Source of the DNA: Acidobacteriota bacterium | GTDB lineage: Bacteria; Acidobacteriota; UBA6911 | Assembly (NCBI GenBank): GCA_963664705.1 | Contig: OY761556.1 | Coordinates: 6,688,001 to 6,752,000, forward strand | Direction: 5' to 3' | Length of the DNA: 64,000 bases | Part shown: positions 60,101-64,000 of the stretch, piece after piece | How positions within the stretch are numbered: the stretch's first letter is position 1 | How the letters are laid out: each line of letters starts with the position of its first letter | Position numbers and translations under genes: made by a program | The notes under the pieces: generated by a model | What the model was told of the DNA's origin: nothing | The model's input: only the letters and a program-made list of their open reading frames with translations | The model's database searches: none

Positions 60101-61370
60101 AAAAGTCGGCAATGAACCCGGACGGATCCATTGTCTTGCGAACCGGATCCCAGGTCCCGGAAATCTGCGCATTGGAACAATCGGCGGTTAGAGAACCCAG
60201 ATTGGCGATCGTTCCAAATATGCTGGCATAGCGCAATTGGCCTGTGTAGGGTGTGGTTCCCCAGGCATTGGGCTCCCATTGCGGCTTGACAGGATTTCCT
60301 GATCTGTCGACGGAAGCGATGACCGGATCTGCGCCACCGGCCGCCGAAGTCGTTGATGCGACTAGGTCATTCCCGTTATTCCAGCGGTCCCAGAAACGGA
60401 AGATCCCTTTCCGGGCGCAGGGTGTCAGAGACATCGCTGTGTACGGTTCGCGTCTTTTGGCGACCTGGCCATCAACGAGAACAAAGAAAAAGGTTTTGTT
60501 CTTGATGATGGGTCCGCCGACGCTTCCCGATAACTCGTGCAGATTTCTCCACGGGGGTATAGCGCTGGTGCGGTTGTTATCCCAGGTGTTGGGATCCAAC
60601 GCCGTGTTTTGAACGTTCCACACCGCATTCCCATGATACAGGTTGCCGCCCGCTTTTGTTGCAATCTGGACCTGCGCATTGCCGCGCCCGACTTCAGCAT
60701 CCACCGGCGATAACACCAGGCGGAATTCTCCAACCAGGTCCGGGTTGAGTCGCGTTGCGGCATTGATGCCGGTTGGATGCCGCACATCGTTGACCGTGAC
60801 TCCATCCCGCTGTACATTCACAGCGGAGGCACTGACACCGGCAAACGTTGTGTTATTGGCGCCAAAGATCGGATCGTCCGAGACGACCACTCCGGACATG
60901 ACTTTGATCAGATCCAACGCATTTCTGTTGACCAGAGGAAGCTCCTGAACAGTCTGGGCGGGAAGTACATCCCCGACCGAGGAACTTGCTTCCAGAAGCA
61001 GTTGTTCGCCCGACCCCGTGACTTCGACGCTGGTTGCCACGCCGCCTATTTCCAGTTGGAAGTTCAATCGGGCCTGTTGTCCGACTGCAAGAGGCACTTT
61101 TGTAAATACCCTGGCCTGGAAACCTTTCTGCTCAGCCTTTACTGTGTAGGCGCCCCACTGCAACTTAATAAAATTGTATACGCCCGACGAGTTGGTAGCC
61201 GCGGTCGATACAACTCCTGTGCCTTCGTTCGTTGCCGTGACCTTTGCCCCCTGGATCAAGCCTCCCGAAGCATCGGTAACGGTTCCGCTCAGCGATGCGT
61301 CCTGCCCAAAAGCCGGCATAGCCAGAAAAAGTCCTAGCAGCGCTAATGCTACAACGGTTAACCTTCTCAT
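57135..61370 (-). CDS. TonB-dependent receptor, Oar-like with N-terminal carboxypeptidase-regulatory-like domain
   Basis: Signal peptide; LSGTVTDASG; LPLVNRN; FFVKDDWK..PDLTLNLGIRWDY; C-terminal R.LQAMARFDF. Confidence 0.93.
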   Translation of the reverse strand: MRRLTVVALALLGLFLAMPAFGQDASLSGTVTDASGGLIQGAKVTATNEGTGVVSTAATNSSGVYNFIKLQWGAYTVKAEQKGFQARVFTKVPLAVGQQARLNFQLEIGGVATSVEVTGSGEQLLLEASSSVGDVLPAQTVQELPLVNRNALDLIKVMSGVVVSDDPIFGANNTTFAGVSASAVNVQRDGVTVNDVRHPTGINAATRLNPDLVGEFRLVLSPVDAEVGRGNAQVQIATKAGGNLYHGNAVWNVQNTALDPNTWDNNRTSAIPPWRNLHELSGSVGGPIIKNKTFFFVLVDGQVAKRREPYTAMSLTPCARKGIFRFWDRWNNGNDLVASTTSAAGGADPVIASVDRSGNPVKPQWEPNAWGTTPYTGQLRYASIFGTIANLGSLTADCSNAQISGTWDPVRKTMDPSGFIADFLQKLPAANNYDVGDGLNTAGYRWTRTAEGADNLYGVGEDTYRKQVNVRIDHNFNQMHRVNGSWSFEKDHADDTLKTWPENSWSGGGNRQPQVLTINFLSNFRPTLLNEFKFGMSRTGSNVLSPATRPSNGDGLKKYLAQFGTLANGEVGVIEPGMGLTGSFRTDGSANLSTPYGSRGFWAIGDMIDSSPRWSWGDTVSWVKGTHSLRFGGEFRRNSSESKAAWLISPSFSWGDSFPEYQGGEVGNLTPQSFDNVTGTIAGSSASSGNKRAMRDLLVFMSGSLASVKQVRYVNTINASAWNDPQKEPYMVRNTIMKELSFFVKDDWKIRPDLTLNLGIRWDYFGVPYLGNGMTVGLKGGGGSIFGSSGGYDHWFTPIKKGDTATGNLVSLSSIGPSGQNPGEYLYPKNWKNIGPAVGFAYELPWLGKGKTTVRGGYQISYISMSGNFGNIQSAAGQSPGFNYFNTWNNGGTWASNDYFGIKDLKTNSLFSNGVPLSTPVSPGLTTFTLYDRQQGVTAYAPDYKYPYVQNLTFAVTRNVTSNLTVDLRYIGTLTRHNFSSKNINVPNFLTNGLLEAFNAARRGEDPVLLDQLLNGLNLNPFGGCTVNGSTCKGGAALRSAAWPTFNLPFTESGAYTNLNLMLAQGNYQGLANALNVYTRSSIAGDPRGKYIEDNGFPVNFIKASPQFATATLYENQGYSNYHSFQGQVTLRPTHGIYFQTTYTWSKNMGNSGGLSPDPRNLRTGYVLLDSDRPHNWVTYGTFDLPFGPNRLIGSKSKGALAKTIGGWQVGWITTVQSGAPLNLTTGTAGTTSNSFCGLYGNCTPDIVNGGIDPAAVAVSWPNGAANGSLFANRYTFTKDPQCNSIDGSIQSLCTLQAIVDSKSGNIVLMNPTPGKQGNMGYNSYRNLVRWNVDMSLSKTVAISESKSFRLRADITNVFNHPFASGTLGSSGTRVTFPTAPSMNVNGTTPIGQYSYKVGGRTLQAMARFDF

Positions 61371-61747
61371 AGATGCTTGCCTCTCCTTTTGTGTGTCGTT
61401 TTGGTATCGCACTCTGAAGCGCAACATCGGAATCCGTATGGAATTTTCCCGTTAGAAGAAATAAGCATTCTTCCTTGCAAAGTCAGGATTGCTGAGTTTG
61501 AAGCGAAGGCCGGATAGGGTGATTATTGATGAGGATAGATAGACGATCGCTATCCTAGCGTGGGTGCAACGCACCTTGCTCGAGGTCCGGTGGTTTTGAA
61601 AACTCAGATAACAGACATGAACCTTAAGCTTCGGCGATTACACACCGGCTAAATCACGTCAATCCAGTCGCAAACTCACCTATGGCGCCAGACTAAACGT
61701 TTTTTGAGGGAGGGTCAATCAATATTCTGAATGTGGGGATGGCGAAG

Positions 61748-61806
61748 ACGTCCCACTCGCCGCCCTGTTTTTGCAATGCGCAGAACAGGTGAACGAGCGG
61801 GACGTC
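61748..61806. repeat. Intergenic inverted repeat (REP- or terminator-like)
   Basis: gacgtcccactcg...cgagcgggacgtc arms, just downstream of the SnoaL-like gene. Confidence 0.45.
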
Positions 61807-61811
61807 CCCGG

Positions 61812-62561
61812 TTAGGTCAACTTGTCCGGTCCGGCCGGATCTTCTGGATATCGCAGCGAAAACTGAGGAATAGAAATCGGCGAGGCATAGGATCTTCCGG
61901 GTCTATAGTCGGTTTGCGACAATACCCGGTATTCGAGCCTTTGAATCTTCCAACTCCCGTCCCTGGTGTCCTTGACATAAGACATTTCGCAGATTCCATC
62001 TTCGCACCATTTCATGATTCCTTCGCCATGCAGCCGCGCCATTTGTACCAATTGCGATTCCAAGGGCATGGGCGTTCCAACCTGCATGGTGTAGGGGAAT
62101 CGAGCGATCGCCGATAGACGATCCTTCGCGACCTCGATGATTTCCGATCGCAGTTCGGCGTCTGCCTGGATGCCGGGGACCGGTCCAAGCTTCTTTCCGG
62201 CTGATCCTGAGCGGAAGCCCCCGCAATAAAGCCGGGCGATCCCGCCTTTTCTGCCTTCAAAAATTCCGCCGTTGAACACGACGGTTCCGTTGTCAGCAAA
62301 CAGATCGACGACCTGTTCGTACTGCCCGCCATCAAGACAGGTCTCATAGGTCTGCTGAAGTTTGCGGATCGAGTTTTCGTCCTCCAGTATTCCAAGTCGT
62401 CGGGATAGACGATCCTTTTCGCTATCCGAACCGGAATCCACCCTGCCTTTGGACATGCCCGGGACAGCGGCTGCCAGGGCAGCGGACATGGCGGTACCCA
62501 TTTTCCACATGAACGAGCGGCGTCCTGTCATCGGCTTATTCGGAGATTTCAAGACATTCAT
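61812..62561 (-). CDS. Tat-exported SnoaL/NTF2-fold protein
   Basis: GRRSFM twin-arginine leader; LEDENSIRKLQ..Y...LD, VDLFAD, YVK...WKI. Confidence 0.8.
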   Translation of the reverse strand: MNVLKSPNKPMTGRRSFMWKMGTAMSAALAAAVPGMSKGRVDSGSDSEKDRLSRRLGILEDENSIRKLQQTYETCLDGGQYEQVVDLFADNGTVVFNGGIFEGRKGGIARLYCGGFRSGSAGKKLGPVPGIQADAELRSEIIEVAKDRLSAIARFPYTMQVGTPMPLESQLVQMARLHGEGIMKWCEDGICEMSYVKDTRDGSWKIQRLEYRVLSQTDYRPGRSYASPISIPQFSLRYPEDPAGPDKLT

Positions 62562-62562
62562 C

Positions 62563-64000
62563 TTACGCTCCTTTCCTGTGTACCTTTGGGCCATAGAACT
62601 TTTTGATGTCGAACTGCCCGATATGGCGTCCGATCGCGCCCGTCAGACTGAGGTTCACGCCTTGTGCGCCGCCGGAGAAACCGAAGCCGCAGTCGTGTGA
62701 TACCTTGGTGTTGATCAGTTCGATCATTTCAGCGCCGTTACAGGCTTCTTCATTCTGGCAGAATATGTAAATCCCATCCCGCAGTTTGACAAAGATACAC
62801 GGAGAACCCCACTGGGCGCCCATGGTCTGGTTGTCGGTAAAGATAGTCCACGTCATGGAGTGAGGCGAAGTGTAGACGTGCATGGAGGTCATCTGGTCGC
62901 TGTAGGACCATGAAAAAACATGGCCCACGAGTTCATCGGTGAGTTCATGGCGCATGTATTGCGGAGCTTCCAGCCCTTCCATTTCGCACACGCCGAAGAT
63001 CGCGCGATAGGTCGTCTCATTGCCATAATACTTGGTCCCCATGTGGGAGTGAATGCAGGTGGTGAGTCCGTTCAGGAGATCCACCGCAACCTGCACGCTC
63101 GCGCGAGGTTTGCTGTCGGTCAGGAGATGGCTGAACCACAGCAGCTTTTCATCCGCTTCATAGGCGCGATAATCCTCGTCGTGCCACTGGGTCTCATTGT
63201 CTTCACGGTATTTGAGTTTGTATTTCTCCGTGAATTTGTAATGCCGCACCGGGCCGCCATTGTCGTAGCGCAGCGTGAATTCCTTCCCGACCATCATGTC
63301 GGTAAAGGGCATATTGTGTCCGGCCATCATCTGGGGTGCCGCCGCGCCACCGCCAAAGGCTTTGGTGCTCTTTAACGCTGCCTGGTGCACCTGTTCGTCC
63401 GTCATATACTGGAAATCTCTCACCGGGCGATAAACCAGCCGCTGGCCTTTGCCGGGCGCCTGCGGGTCGTTTGCCGCCTGTACGACCATCGAGGCCTTGC
63501 CATGATTGTCGAAGGGTTCCAGGTAGGCGATCTGTCCCACCACCTTGCCGGTTCCGCGGAACATGTAGTATTCCAGCTCGTCCTTTTCATTGAATCCAAG
63601 GCGCACGCCGGCCTGAGTTTCCGAGTACAGATCCGCGATGAAGAGAGTGAAGATGCCCGAGAATTCGCACTCGGTCCTGCTATAAATAAATGTGGTGTCA
63701 TTGACCAGGACATAATCCGACGGGCTGCAGTAGCCGAGATCGTCCACGTGCCGTGTCAATTCCACAAAGTTGGACGAGACGACCGAAGTATAGAGTTCCA
63801 GCGTCTCAATGCCGTTGTCCTGCTTCCAGTGAATGCCTTTGCCTTCAATCCTGTTGGTCAGGTGATGGCGCGGCTCGGGCGCCTTCTGTCCGGCAGTTTC
63901 GACATAGCCGAAATAGATCTGACGCTGGACTTCGCGCGGATCAAGGCCGACTTCTTTGTTCGACAGGGTTTTCTCTTTTTTGTCGCTGCAAAGCCATATC
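62563..64000 (-). CDS. MoaF-like tandem-domain protein, 5'-truncated by the window end
   Basis: The frame is open from the window edge (IWLC...PREVQRQIYFGYV...RHHLTNRIEG); duplicated RHELTDELVG...W.Y unit. Confidence 0.6.
   Translation of the reverse strand, partial: IWLCSDKKEKTLSNKEVGLDPREVQRQIYFGYVETAGQKAPEPRHHLTNRIEGKGIHWKQDNGIETLELYTSVVSSNFVELTRHVDDLGYCSPSDYVLVNDTTFIYSRTECEFSGIFTLFIADLYSETQAGVRLGFNEKDELEYYMFRGTGKVVGQIAYLEPFDNHGKASMVVQAANDPQAPGKGQRLVYRPVRDFQYMTDEQVHQAALKSTKAFGGGAAAPQMMAGHNMPFTDMMVGKEFTLRYDNGGPVRHYKFTEKYKLKYREDNETQWHDEDYRAYEADEKLLWFSHLLTDSKPRASVQVAVDLLNGLTTCIHSHMGTKYYGNETTYRAIFGVCEMEGLEAPQYMRHELTDELVGHVFSWSYSDQMTSMHVYTSPHSMTWTIFTDNQTMGAQWGSPCIFVKLRDGIYIFCQNEEACNGAEMIELINTKVSHDCGFGFSGGAQGVNLSLTGAIGRHIGQFDIKKFYGPKVHRKGA

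Overview
A 64-kb bacterial chromosomal window, most likely Acidobacteriota (inferred from three acidobacterial-type VWA proteins, an Oar-like TonB-dependent receptor and a DUF1570-TPR protein). Bases 1-20 kb hold ordinary GC-rich genes: a radical SAM pair, SDR, an orphan PilB/GspE ATPase, carboxylesterase, MFS, M48 peptidase, DEDDh exonuclease, Mesh1-like HD hydrolase and a SLOG protein. tRNA-Arg(ACG) at 19977-20053 is an integration site. An apparently intact ~11.4-kb satellite-like element (45-bp att repeats at 20007 and 31370) encodes a tyrosine integrase, Xis/HTH proteins and a Zn-finger-Toprim-DUF3987 primase/helicase, with VWA and AbiE cargo but no capsid, packaging or conjugation genes. 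The 9-bp iterons at the primase 3' end recur in two ~100-bp direct repeats that bracket the AbiE module. A decayed sister island follows in tandem (integrase relic, probable degenerate att core at ~36.7 kb, IS3 inside a cargo gene). Next come an uncharacterised redox locus (two DUF169 proteins, one Tat-exported; an acyl-CoA dehydrogenase lacking its catalytic Glu; a Cys-less sulfite-oxidase-fold protein with CxxCH; flavodoxin-ferredoxin; cytochrome c), a sigma54-led ATP-grasp/alpha-E/transglutaminase operon without Anbu, and a TBDR/SnoaL/MoaF-like locus cut by the window end. All family calls come from motif recognition by eye; no searches were run.
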